NCBI GenBank assembly: GCA_963696385.1
Contig: CAVOKF010000007.1
Span: forward strand, 512,001 to 576,000
Origin: an uncultured delta proteobacterium
GTDB lineage: Bacteria; Myxococcota_A; Polyangia; Polyangiales; Polyangiaceae
Direction: 5' to 3'
Length of the DNA stretch: 64,000 bases
This document shows, piece after piece, positions 48,041-57,492 of this stretch. Under the pieces are notes generated by a model. That model was not told the DNA's origin. It saw only the letters and a program-made list of their open reading frames with translations, and ran no database searches. The stretch's first letter is position 1, and each line of letters begins with the position of its first letter. Both the position numbers and the translations under genes were made by a program.

Positions 48041-49540
48041 TCAAAGGCACTCTGGCTTGTACTGGCGGTAACCTTCCGAGTCGATGACATACGGCGGATG
48101 GCAGTGTACCTTGGGTGGGGCCGGGGAGGGTGTCGAGGATGAGGCGGGCGGGCGGGCCTGCCGCGGCGCGGCATGAGGAGCACCTTGCGGTCGCCTCGGC
48201 GGCGCCGATCGGGCCGGCACGATCGCCGAGACCGCAGGAGGCACTGAAGGGGAGGATGCCGAGAGCGCCCCGCTTGGCTGGGGGGAGGCGGCGGCGGCCG
48301 TCTCGTCCGGGAGCGGCGCCGGCGGCGGACTGGCGGCCACCGAGTCGGTTGAAGGAATCGGTACGCTGGAGGCGGCGGCGTACGAAATATCGCGGTGCGG
48401 CTTGGCCTCGTGGGCCCGGATCCGACTGCCCACGATGGCGACCACCACGACCGCAACCGACAGTCCAGCTCCCGCGAATGCCGCGCTGCGGAACGACCCT
48501 ACCGCCGTCGCTCGTTGGGCAGGCGGAACCGTCCTCGCGGAGGCCGGTGGCGGAGCGCTATGCAACGACGGGGGCGGACCTGTCCCGTGAGCCGGTCGAT
48601 CGACCTCCGCGAGGATCCCGGCCACTCGCTCCACCGTCGCCTTGGCGTCGGGCGGGGCAAACGGCAACAAATCGCGAGCCAAAGCGGCGACACTCGGGTA
48701 CCGGTCTTCGCGGTCCTTTTGAATGCACTTGAGGATGGCGGCTTCGAGCCCGCGGGGTACGTCGGGGCGGATGCCGCGAATCGCGGGGGCCCGTTCGCCG
48801 GCAACCTGAACGGTCAACTCCGTCACCGAGTCGGCCACGAACGGCGGACGCCCGGCCATCAACTCGAAGAGGATGACGCCGAGGGCCCAGACGTCCGTCC
48901 GCGCGTCGATGTCCGCCTGTGCTCTCAGCTGCTCAGGCGACATGTAGGGCGGCGATCCGAGCAACGACGACGCGCGAGGGACACTGGACGGGGCCAACAC
49001 GCTTGCGCGGAGGGCTTTCGAGATCCCGAAATCGAGCACTTTGATCGACCGATCGCCATCGGGACGGCGGATGCAGAGAAGATTCGAGGGTTTGAGGTCC
49101 CGATGCACGATCCCGACGGAATGCGCGTCGGCGACGGCAAGGCATGCTTGAAGGATGAACTCCATCGCTAGCTCGACCGAAAGAAGCCCCCGCCGTTCGA
49201 CCCAACTCGCAAGATCTTCGCCCTCCAGATACTCCGTGACCATGTAGGGGGCGCCGTTCGGAAACGTGCCGACGTCAGTGACGCGAGCGACGTGATCGCT
49301 CGTGATCTTCATCATGGCGCGCGATTCACGAACAAAACGGGTCACGGCCTCGGAATTGCCGAGCATTTCGGGCAAAATAAACTTGAGCGCAACTTTCTCG
49401 TGAAACTGGATATGCTGGGCGACCACCACAACGACCCCGCCCATTCCGCCGATTCCGAGCACGCGCTCGACGCAGTACTTTCCCGCAAGCACGTCCCCCT
49501 CACGGACGCCCGCCGTCCAGTTGGAATCGCCCTGCGCCAC
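48041..49540 (-). CDS. Hanks-type Ser/Thr protein kinase with TM segment and Pro-rich extracytoplasmic tail
   Basis: LGIGGMG, VALK, HRDLKPSN, DFGISK, GSPPYMSPEQ, DVWALG; TM segment; ends CHPPYVIDSEGYRQYKPECL. Confidence 0.92.
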   Translation of the reverse strand: MAQGDSNWTAGVREGDVLAGKYCVERVLGIGGMGGVVVVVAQHIQFHEKVALKFILPEMLGNSEAVTRFVRESRAMMKITSDHVARVTDVGTFPNGAPYMVTEYLEGEDLASWVERRGLLSVELAMEFILQACLAVADAHSVGIVHRDLKPSNLLCIRRPDGDRSIKVLDFGISKALRASVLAPSSVPRASSLLGSPPYMSPEQLRAQADIDARTDVWALGVILFELMAGRPPFVADSVTELTVQVAGERAPAIRGIRPDVPRGLEAAILKCIQKDREDRYPSVAALARDLLPFAPPDAKATVERVAGILAEVDRPAHGTGPPPSLHSAPPPASARTVPPAQRATAVGSFRSAAFAGAGLSVAVVVVAIVGSRIRAHEAKPHRDISYAAASSVPIPSTDSVAASPPPAPLPDETAAAASPQPSGALSASSPSVPPAVSAIVPARSAPPRRPQGAPHAAPRQARPPASSSTPSPAPPKVHCHPPYVIDSEGYRQYKPECL

Positions 49541-49768
49541 GGTTTGCCTCTCTTTACTTGGGTCAGGGCCGAGAGCCCAGGGGCGTCTTGCAAACGCTCC
49601 GCTGAGCGGTGCTCGTTTGGACCCGAGTGAGTCGAATCATCCGACGAGACCGGCCTTCGAGCGGACGAGGCGTGCCCCGCCGCGGTCGCCATATGCTTTC
49701 ATGACCTCCGCCACCCCTCCCGGTCGAGGACCGCGCTCCTTCCCCAGGGCGAGAGTTCCCGCGAGGCG

Positions 49769-52213
49769 GTGGCGCCTTATTTTTTCACGGCGTCGGCACT
49801 TACTGATCGAACGAGACGCATTGAGCCAACGAGCATGAGCCGCGAGCCCGACAATCCGACGCTCGGAGATGAGCGAGGCCGTTCCCCGCGCCGCGGCGAC
49901 GACGAGGGCGATGCCGAATCGCCGGGCGATGCCTGGTCGACGGCTCCTCGGCGAGCGTCGGTCGGGATCCGACTGCTTCGAACGGTAGCGGCGGGCGCGC
50001 GCATCGGCGCCGGCGCGGCCGTTGGACTCTGGTGCGGCGACGTCGTGTTGCTCGCCTCCGTGCTGCCGGCCGCCGGCTGGCGGCGCTGGCTCATCGGCAT
50101 GGGGGCCGCCTTCTTGGTTTCGCTGACAACCGCCGTGCTGGTGGGAGCGTTGCTCGCTCCGGTGTTCGCCCCGGCGATGCCGCTCATCGCTCGGGCGGCC
50201 CGGACGCTGCGCGCGCGGCTGGCCCGCGGGGATCGAGAGGCACAGCACGCGCTTGCCGCTGGGTGGCTGGCTGCGATCGGGCTCGCCGTGCTCTGGGCGG
50301 TCGCGGGGTATGAGCTCGCGTTGAGCGCTGAGCTGACGTTTGCGCGTCCCGATTCGATCGCCGCGGCCCTAATGGCCTCCGGGATCCTCGTTGCTGCGAC
50401 CGTCGCGCTCGCGACTCCTGCGGCAGTCGGTTTGGCACGCGCCCTGGTGGAAGGCGCGTCCCACGTCCGCGGGTTTCGCTGGGTGATTGCGAGGCCTTGG
50501 GGAGTCCCTTGCGTGATGCTGGGCTGCGTCGCGGCGGGGGGATCCTGGCTGCTCAGGGCGCACGGAGCGGAGCTCGCCGCTTACCCGTGGCACGGCATTG
50601 CGGCGTGGCCCGGCGCTCTCGTCGGTGGTGCGGGCGCCGTGGCCTTGGCGCGGGTGCGCCCGCCGTGGAGGCGGCGCTTGGCGGGCGCGGGGGCGTTGGT
50701 GCTGGCGCTGGGCCTGGTCGGCGGTATCGTCGCGGCCGCACAGCTGCGCCCTGAATCGACCACGGCGCGGCGGCTCGCGTTCGAGGCCGCGCTGAGCGGC
50801 AGAATCGGATACGCCGCGTGGACCCAAGCCCTGGACTTCGACGGCGACGGCCAAATCAGCGTGTTGGGCGGGGGCGACTGCGCTCCCTTCGACCCGCGAC
50901 GGCATCGGGGCGCGGTCGAGATCCCCGGCAACGGCGTCGACGAGGACTGCGACGGCACGGACCTGCCCGCGCAACTCATCCGGCCAAGGCCGAGAATGCA
51001 GGTGGGTCAGGAGGCGCTGCCCCTGCATCCCGACATCGTTCTCGTGACGGTCGACGCGCTCGCGGCGCGCCGGTTGATGGCGCTCGGCAGCGACAAGGAG
51101 CTCATGCCGCACTTGGACGCTCTGGCCGCACGCGGGACGGTGTTCACGCACTGTTTTTCGCAAGGACCCTCGACGCGCCTGTCGTTTCCGTCGATCTTCA
51201 CGTCGCGCTGGGACTCGCAGCTGACCCACGTGTACTCGACCCGGATGCCCTATTCGACCGGGCCCTCGGACCGCGAGCTTCAAGAGATGCTCGACGAAGC
51301 CGGATACGCGACGGAAGCGGTCGTTCCCGCGAGCTACTTCGGTCGCGGCCGGTGGGCGAGCCTCACGCGCGGTTTCCAGCAGGTGGACGAATCAGCCGTC
51401 GCGGCCGGCAAGAACAATGCGCCGCGGGTGACCGATGCCGCGCTGCGGGTTTTCTTGTCCGCAAAGGACCGGCCGCAATACCTCTGGGTGCACTACTACG
51501 ATGCCCACGGGCCATACGTCGCCATCCCGGGCGTGGCGTATGCCAAGCGTACCGAGGAACCGCTCTACGAGGGCGAATTGACCTACATCGATCGCGAGAT
51601 CGGCCGGCTCATCGATGCGATCCACGAGCGGTCGCAGCCCACCTACCTCATCGTCACGGCCGACCACGGCACGGTATTCAGCACGGATCCGACGCGCAAG
51701 GGCCATTACGGGTACGACCTCTACACGGAAACCCTCCACGTGCCCCTGATTATCGTAGGGCCCGGCATTCCCGTCGGCCGCGCCGACGGCGTCGTGTCGA
51801 CGATGGACATCGCACCGACGATCAGCGACTTATTGCGTCTGTACACGTCGCACTTGTCCGGCCCGGCGTTCGAGGGCACGAGCCTCTTGCCCGAGATCCT
51901 GACAGGCACGCGCGATCCGAACCGTGTGGTTTTCAGCGAGTTTTACCTGCCGGAGCGCGGATTCCAGGGCAAGGATCCCCTCCAGATGGTCTCGGCCCGC
52001 AACGCTCGGTACAACCTGGTGCTCAATCGTGTGTCCGGGACGTTCGAGCTGTACGATTGGATGACCGACTACACCGAGCACCACGAGCTCTACGAGGACG
52101 AAGCTCAATCGCCGGAGGTCGTGCGCTTGCGGTCGCAGCTCCGGGCGTTCCTCCACCAGTTCGCCCCTCAGGCCTCCACGCTGGCGCTGCCGCCACCGGG
52201 TCAGGAGCCTTGA
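49769..52213 (+). CDS. Membrane-bound sulfatase/alkaline-phosphatase-superfamily transferase with MopE-like Cys motif
   Basis: Several TM helices; DCAPFDP...EIPGNGVDEDCDG; LVTVDAL, PSTRLS, WVHYYDAH, TADHG, GHYG, LHVPL; start may be 49835. Confidence 0.8.
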   Translation: MAPYFFTASALTDRTRRIEPTSMSREPDNPTLGDERGRSPRRGDDEGDAESPGDAWSTAPRRASVGIRLLRTVAAGARIGAGAAVGLWCGDVVLLASVLPAAGWRRWLIGMGAAFLVSLTTAVLVGALLAPVFAPAMPLIARAARTLRARLARGDREAQHALAAGWLAAIGLAVLWAVAGYELALSAELTFARPDSIAAALMASGILVAATVALATPAAVGLARALVEGASHVRGFRWVIARPWGVPCVMLGCVAAGGSWLLRAHGAELAAYPWHGIAAWPGALVGGAGAVALARVRPPWRRRLAGAGALVLALGLVGGIVAAAQLRPESTTARRLAFEAALSGRIGYAAWTQALDFDGDGQISVLGGGDCAPFDPRRHRGAVEIPGNGVDEDCDGTDLPAQLIRPRPRMQVGQEALPLHPDIVLVTVDALAARRLMALGSDKELMPHLDALAARGTVFTHCFSQGPSTRLSFPSIFTSRWDSQLTHVYSTRMPYSTGPSDRELQEMLDEAGYATEAVVPASYFGRGRWASLTRGFQQVDESAVAAGKNNAPRVTDAALRVFLSAKDRPQYLWVHYYDAHGPYVAIPGVAYAKRTEEPLYEGELTYIDREIGRLIDAIHERSQPTYLIVTADHGTVFSTDPTRKGHYGYDLYTETLHVPLIIVGPGIPVGRADGVVSTMDIAPTISDLLRLYTSHLSGPAFEGTSLLPEILTGTRDPNRVVFSEFYLPERGFQGKDPLQMVSARNARYNLVLNRVSGTFELYDWMTDYTEHHELYEDEAQSPEVVRLRSQLRAFLHQFAPQASTLALPPPGQEP

Positions 52214-52529
52214 AGGGTTACGATTGGTCGTAGCGCGTGAGGGGCGACCGATCGGTCGGTCTCTTCGAAACCGCCGGCACATGGCACGCGACGGCACGCG
52301 ACCCGGGCGGCACCCCCGACCCTTCAGGGCCGGGGCGTCGTTCCGCCGCAAGAAATGCCCACCGCATCGATGAGGGCTCCCAATCGGCCGAGGAAGCCGA
52401 CGGCCGCATGGATCCTCACCGCCCCGCGCATCCCCGCGCTCGGGCGCGGCCCCGAAGGCAGCTGCCCGCCCCACTCGCAAACGAACCGCCACACCGGCTC
52501 GGATACCCGTCACGAAGCGGTCGGACCAT

Positions 52530-53798
52530 TCAATATGCGAAGTACGGTCCCGCGCCCGCATCCGGTGTCGTCGCGCCCGCGATGGCCGTAAACACGGTGC
52601 GGCCGTAGAAAAATGAGAGGCCCCAATCGAAATAGTTGGGAAGCCCAAAAGCCGTGATCGCGAGGTCGTTGAAGGCTGTATTGCCGGTGCCGTAGAGCCC
52701 ATCGGCGGCCGCCACGCTGAAGGGCGTTTCGATGCTCACGGCGTTCAGGCCCCTGTTCGTCGCCATGAGGCTGAGACTCGTCGGCGGACAGAAATAGCCC
52801 ATGAAGGTTCCCGAGCACTGCGCGATGCTTGCGTCGGGGAAGGCGTACGAAAGCGAACCCGAGTCGATGAAGCTCGCGGGGAGATCTTGGCCGTCGAAAG
52901 AGGTGGTGAAATAGCCGGAGTTGGGGTCGATCGTGATGACCTGCGCGGCGCCGAGCCCGTTGTTGGACGCGGTGCCGATGCCGAAAATCAGCGAACCCGT
53001 GGCCGTGACCTCACCCGCCGGATCGATGGCGGGCAGTTGCACCGCCGTTCCGTTGTTGTCGCGCGCAAACAGCCCGACGGGGTTCTGGACCTGGTTCGGA
53101 ATAGACACCGAGGCAGGCGTGCACGCCGTGCTCGTGCAGGAATAATAACTTCCGGTCTGCGGGCTCGCGCTGGCGCACGCGACGCCGCAGTCGGCCTGTT
53201 GGAATCCGATGCCGATGAGGCCGTTGCCACCAAATGCGCTGACCGTGTCTTCCTCGGTGCCGGCGCTCGAACAATCCGACGGAACGCTGACGGCCCCTGC
53301 CGCCCCGGCAATCTGGATGGGTACCGCGGCGCCGAGCTCGCCTCCGACGTGCACGTCCGCGGTTGCAACCGGCCCCCAGTTGTAGCCTTCCGAGTACTGG
53401 TAGCACTCGATGAGAGGGTTGCCGTCGGCGGCCATCTGTTGCGGAAGCATCAGGGCGGCGTCGAGCGCCGAAGCGACCACGCGTAGCCCACTGGAGCCCG
53501 TGTCGACTTCGATGTGATCGATCGTTTGGCAGACAGTCGTTCCGGGTCGGCATAGGGTTACGGTGGTGTAGAGCGTGTTGATGGCCTGGACGCCCGGTGG
53601 ACCGTTGTCCACGACGATGCGTGCGACGTTGATGGCCAGCCCCCCGTCCGTGTCGGTCGTGGCGTCGTCGGTGGCGTTGGCCGCGTCCTGCACGTCGGGC
53701 GGGACGTCGGTGTTCTTGTCCCCGGGCGAGCGCGACCCCCCGCAGGCGACGGCGAGCCCACCGACGAGGGCCACGAGGGTGCGTCCGGCGATCACCAT
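52530..53798 (-). CDS. DUF3443 family lipoprotein (pepsin-like motifs)
   Basis: AVA-C; VTLCRPGTTVCQTIDHIEVDTGSSGLR, QVQNPV...DNNG, FIDSGS, FDWGLSFFYGRTVFTAI, PYFAY. Confidence 0.85.
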   Translation of the reverse strand: MVIAGRTLVALVGGLAVACGGSRSPGDKNTDVPPDVQDAANATDDATTDTDGGLAINVARIVVDNGPPGVQAINTLYTTVTLCRPGTTVCQTIDHIEVDTGSSGLRVVASALDAALMLPQQMAADGNPLIECYQYSEGYNWGPVATADVHVGGELGAAVPIQIAGAAGAVSVPSDCSSAGTEEDTVSAFGGNGLIGIGFQQADCGVACASASPQTGSYYSCTSTACTPASVSIPNQVQNPVGLFARDNNGTAVQLPAIDPAGEVTATGSLIFGIGTASNNGLGAAQVITIDPNSGYFTTSFDGQDLPASFIDSGSLSYAFPDASIAQCSGTFMGYFCPPTSLSLMATNRGLNAVSIETPFSVAAADGLYGTGNTAFNDLAITAFGLPNYFDWGLSFFYGRTVFTAIAGATTPDAGAGPYFAY

Positions 53799-54256
53799 GC
53801 CCGCACCGTGCCGAGGTCGAACCCCTCGGGCAAGTGCGTCGGAAGCCAGGCGCGCCCGATGAACCCGCCGTGATGTCCGGCCGACTGGACCGCCCAATCG
53901 GGGGTGACGACGACGCGCAGATGGTGTGCCGCCGGCCGATCGCGGGGGCTTTTCACATACGGTTCGAAGTACGACCCGAGTAACCGTCGCAGATTGGGCA
54001 TCACGGGCCCTGCCCACGCGAGGGCGAACACCTTGCCGCTCCGCAAGTATTCGCGCACGACGGCGCCCGACGGCAGTCGCAGCTCGTGCACCTCCCAACT
54101 CTTCACGAGCGTGACCTTTCGCGCGGCCCCGAGCGCGGCACTGTCGGCGGCGATGGACGCCGCATCGTCGCCGAGGGCCGCGAGCGCGGGGGAGGGCACA
54201 GCAAGGCCAAGAGCCAGAGAACCGAGTATCCCACGGGCCGCGCGGCTGGAAATCAT
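53792..54256 (-). CDS. DUF2844 family secreted protein
   Basis: Signal then ALG; VVREY, VFALAWAGPVMPNLRRLLGSYF, GRAWLPTHLP; overlaps the DUF3443 start. Confidence 0.85.
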   Translation of the reverse strand: MISSRAARGILGSLALGLAVPSPALAALGDDAASIAADSAALGAARKVTLVKSWEVHELRLPSGAVVREYLRSGKVFALAWAGPVMPNLRRLLGSYFEPYVKSPRDRPAAHHLRVVVTPDWAVQSAGHHGGFIGRAWLPTHLPEGFDLGTVRAW

Positions 54257-54452
54257 GGCAAGCACGAATCATAGAAGGGCTTGCCAGGCAGATCGAGCGG
54301 TCTCTTTTTGGGTCCGAATCCATCGATTTCGGGCGCGCGCACCTACAAGCGCACCTCGGTTCGGACGATTTGCCCAACGGCGGGCCTCGAGAAGAATGGA
54401 AACTCGAGCAGGGCGGCTGCGCCGTTCCTTGACCCTAACACGCATCCATGAT

Positions 54453-54473
54453 ACCAGTATTATATATGCTTGT
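54453..54473. promoter_or_regulatory. Putative NsrR-type operator
   Basis: ACCAGTAT-TATAT-ATGCTTGT imperfect palindrome with a GYAT-N5-ATRC core, upstream of the Rrf2 gene. Confidence 0.5.
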
Positions 54474-54590
54474 TCTTAAACGCTCAACCGGGAGGTGCCA
54501 TCCGCAGGCGACAGCCGTGCGAGATGGGATGTCGTTCCGCAGCCGGAACGAGCGCGATTCGAGGGCGGCCGATGGCGCCGCTTTGGCAGC

Positions 54591-55028
54591 GTGCGTTTGA
54601 CGCTGCACTCGGACTATGCCCTTCGGGCCTTGCTGTTTCTCGCGGCGAGGCCCGACGATGTCGTCAGTATCGGCGAGATTGCCGCCGCCTACGGTATCTC
54701 GGCGCATCACCTGGCCAAGGTGGCGCAAAAGCTCGGGCACACCCAGTACGTCACCCTGTTGAGGGGCCCTAAAGGCGGCCTGCGCCTGGCGCGCGCGCCT
54801 CAAGCGATTTCTATCGGTGATGTCGTGCGGCAATTCGAGCCCGACATGGCCTTGGTCGAGTGCTTCGCTCCCGAGACCAACACGTGCCCGATCGCCCGGG
54901 CGTGCGGGTTGAAGGGTATCTTGGCCGGCGCTCAGGCCAGCTTCCTGGCGCACCTGGATTCTCACACGCTGGCCGACGCCGCCGATCGTCCGCAGGCCTT
55001 GCTCCAACTTTTGAAGCGCAGTCGATGA
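54591..55028 (+). CDS. nsrR: Rrf2-family Fe-S transcriptional regulator (NsrR-like)
   Basis: RLTLHSDYALRAL, HLAKV, RGPKGGLRL, three Cys in VECF...TCPIARAC. Confidence 0.8.
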   Translation: MRLTLHSDYALRALLFLAARPDDVVSIGEIAAAYGISAHHLAKVAQKLGHTQYVTLLRGPKGGLRLARAPQAISIGDVVRQFEPDMALVECFAPETNTCPIARACGLKGILAGAQASFLAHLDSHTLADAADRPQALLQLLKRSR

Positions 55029-55086
55029 ATCAGGACATGCTGGTTTGGATCTCAATCGAGTCGGCCGAAACGCGAGGAGTTACCCA

Positions 55087-56124
55087 ATGTGTCGGGGCCT
55101 GGTCCTCCTATTTCTCTCTGGGGCTGCCGTTGCATGCGGGAACGCCGAGCCGGATAGCGATACAACGGGCTGCGCCGTGGGCGACGCAGGCGAGTCCTTG
55201 GAGCTTCGCTGCACCGGTCTGTATTCCAACTGGCCCTTGAGAACCATTTCGCCCGATGTCGAATCCTACACTCCTGGCATTCCCCTATGGAGCGACGGGG
55301 CCCTCAAGTCTCGTTGGGTGTACCTTCCGCCGGGGACGTCGATCGATACCTCGGATATGGACGAGTGGACGTTTCCCGTCGGGACCAAGCTGTGGAAGCA
55401 GTTCATTGTGGACGGTCAACTCGTCGAGACGCGCCTGTTATGGAAGCAAGCCTCGGGCTGGTACCGGACCACCTACAGGTGGTCGGCCGACGGCACGAAC
55501 ACGGTCGAGCTGACGACGGGCGGCCTCGCGAACGGCTGGTACGAGATCCCGTCCCAGCTGGATTGCTACACATGCCATGAAGGACAGCGGGACGGCGTCA
55601 TGGGGTTCTCGGCCGTCAGCCTGTCGCTTCCGAGCGCCGCGGGGATGACCCTCGACGCGCTGGCGCAACGACACCTGATCACGGACCCGCCGGCCACCCC
55701 GATCGTCGTCCCCGGCTCGCCGCTCGACCAGTGGGCGCTCGGGTTTCTGCACATCAACTGCGGAATCGTGTGCCACAACGAGGACTACGGATATGCATCG
55801 TGGACCGGATTTTTCATGCGTTTGGACGTGGCCCAATTGAGCAGCGTTCAGGCCACCAACACGTGGCAAACCGGCGTGAACGAACCGACGGAGGTCTATT
55901 CGGTGCCAGGCATCGTGGCTCGCATTGCCGCAGGCAATGCCATTGGAAGCTGCGTCCACTACCGCATGGGCCAGCGCAACAACGACAATGCCATGCCACC
56001 TCTCGATTCCCACGTGGTGGACGACGCGGGCCTTCAACTCATCGGGGAGTGGATCGATTCCCTGGATGCCGGAGACATCCTGGGTGTGCTCGATGGGCAG
56101 GTGGTCAACCCCCCGCCGCCGTGA
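55087..56124 (+). CDS. c-type cytochrome lipoprotein (SO2930-like di-haem)
   Basis: [37 protein letters not shown] and CGIVCH; AMPPL. Confidence 0.72.
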   Translation: MCRGLVLLFLSGAAVACGNAEPDSDTTGCAVGDAGESLELRCTGLYSNWPLRTISPDVESYTPGIPLWSDGALKSRWVYLPPGTSIDTSDMDEWTFPVGTKLWKQFIVDGQLVETRLLWKQASGWYRTTYRWSADGTNTVELTTGGLANGWYEIPSQLDCYTCHEGQRDGVMGFSAVSLSLPSAAGMTLDALAQRHLITDPPATPIVVPGSPLDQWALGFLHINCGIVCHNEDYGYASWTGFFMRLDVAQLSSVQATNTWQTGVNEPTEVYSVPGIVARIAAGNAIGSCVHYRMGQRNNDNAMPPLDSHVVDDAGLQLIGEWIDSLDAGDILGVLDGQVVNPPPP

Positions 56125-56327
56125 ACGAGAGGCGCGCGCAATCGGACGCAGGCCCAAGCGGCGCGCATCACGACGGTCCTCGAAAGTCGACCATCGGCGC
56201 CACCCTACGAGAGCGCCCAGAGGCCCGCTCCGATCGAGTGGCCACAGGGGACAGTGCGCGGACGTCTCGAGGAAAAGAGCGGAGGAACGAGCAGCGATCT
56301 TCGCCGGCCTGCGGGCGAGGGCGAAGG

Positions 56328-56450
56328 GTGACCGATCCGCTCGTGGCGCTTCGTCGCTCCGATCCACTTTCGTTGGGCGAAGCCGTCGCTGCCGTCGCTC
56401 ACTCACGCGCAGGGGCCATCAGCGTGTTCTTGAGCGTCGTTCGGGACCAA
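56328..56450 (+). pseudogene. moaE: N-terminal remnant of molybdopterin synthase catalytic subunit MoaE
   Basis: PLSLGEAVAAVAHSRAGAISVFLSVVRDQ; similarity then stops, no LEYE/HRxG core. Confidence 0.55.
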
Positions 56451-56518
56451 ACGAAAAGCGTTTGTACATGGAACTCCTCAACGCGTCGCGGGGACGGCCC
56501 GGCATCGTGCGCTTGTCC

Positions 56519-57307
56519 TCAAGAGCCGCGCCGCGCGCTGCGGCTTACTTCAGAGTGCGCGGTCGCCGACGTGCCTCTCGCCCCCAGCGCGCCCAGGGCT
56601 TCGCGGACGCGCACCACGTCACCGATGAAGACGATCCCCGGTAGGTCGGGCGAGGCCGCTAGGACGTCCTTTGCGCGCTCCGCCAGCGTCGACAGGGTTC
56701 CGGTCACCGTCTGCTCGCGCGCCGTGGTCGCCGCCAGCACGAGCGCGGCTGGCGTACTCCGCGGCCACCCTGCCGCGGCAATCGCGCGGAGATTCGCGGC
56801 GAGCTTGCGCGACGCCATGTAGAGGACGAGCGTTCGCCCCGCCACCGCCCCCGGCATTCCTCCGTCGCCGTGGTGGGCGGTCATGAGCAGCGCCTGCGCC
56901 GCGTAATCCCGGTGCGTGAGCGGGATGCAGGCGGACGCGGCGGCCCCGAGCGCCGCGGTGATGCCCGGGACGATCTCGAATGGGATGCCCGCCGCCGCGA
57001 GTTCCTCTGCCTCCTCGCCCCCGCGCCCGAAAACCAGCGGATCGCCCGCCTTGAGCCGAACGACGAAGCGTCCGGCGCGCGCTCGGGCGAGCACATCGGG
57101 GTGCAGCCGATACGTCGGTGGGCCATGCCCGACCCGGCGGCCCACCGGCAAGACCTCCGCCGAGAGCGGTGCCATCGCCAGGATGGCCTCCGACACGAGC
57201 TCGTCGTGCGCGACGACCTCAGCCACGGCGAGGAGCTCCGCCGCACGCAGGGTGAGGAGCTTCGGATCGCCCGGCCCCGCGCCGACGAGGGCGACGCGGC
57301 CGCTCAT
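56519..57307 (-). CDS. cobA: Uroporphyrinogen-III C-methyltransferase
   Basis: VALVGAGPGDPKLLT, VRLKAGDPLVFGRGGEE, IVPGITAA, IPLTHR, LVLYM. Confidence 0.9.
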   Translation of the reverse strand: MSGRVALVGAGPGDPKLLTLRAAELLAVAEVVAHDELVSEAILAMAPLSAEVLPVGRRVGHGPPTYRLHPDVLARARAGRFVVRLKAGDPLVFGRGGEEAEELAAAGIPFEIVPGITAALGAAASACIPLTHRDYAAQALLMTAHHGDGGMPGAVAGRTLVLYMASRKLAANLRAIAAAGWPRSTPAALVLAATTAREQTVTGTLSTLAERAKDVLAASPDLPGIVFIGDVVRVREALGALGARGTSATAHSEVSRSARRGS

Positions 57308-57492
57308 GCCATTGCCCCTCGGCCGACCGTGTCGGGAGCCCTTGTGCCTCGAGCCGGAGCGTGTGGACGACCGTGCAATGGGAGCACTTTGCCATCTTCT
57401 ACATCGCAAGACACGATTATGGCGCACGCCCGTCTGAGACTTTCGAGCGGAGGTCTTCTCGGAGGAGAGGATCCTCGAAGGGACGTACTCGC

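Noticed and set aside
57308..57492. Cobalamin riboswitch or sigma54 promoter upstream of cobA
   Set aside because: No B12-box recognised and the GG-GC spacing does not fit -24/-12
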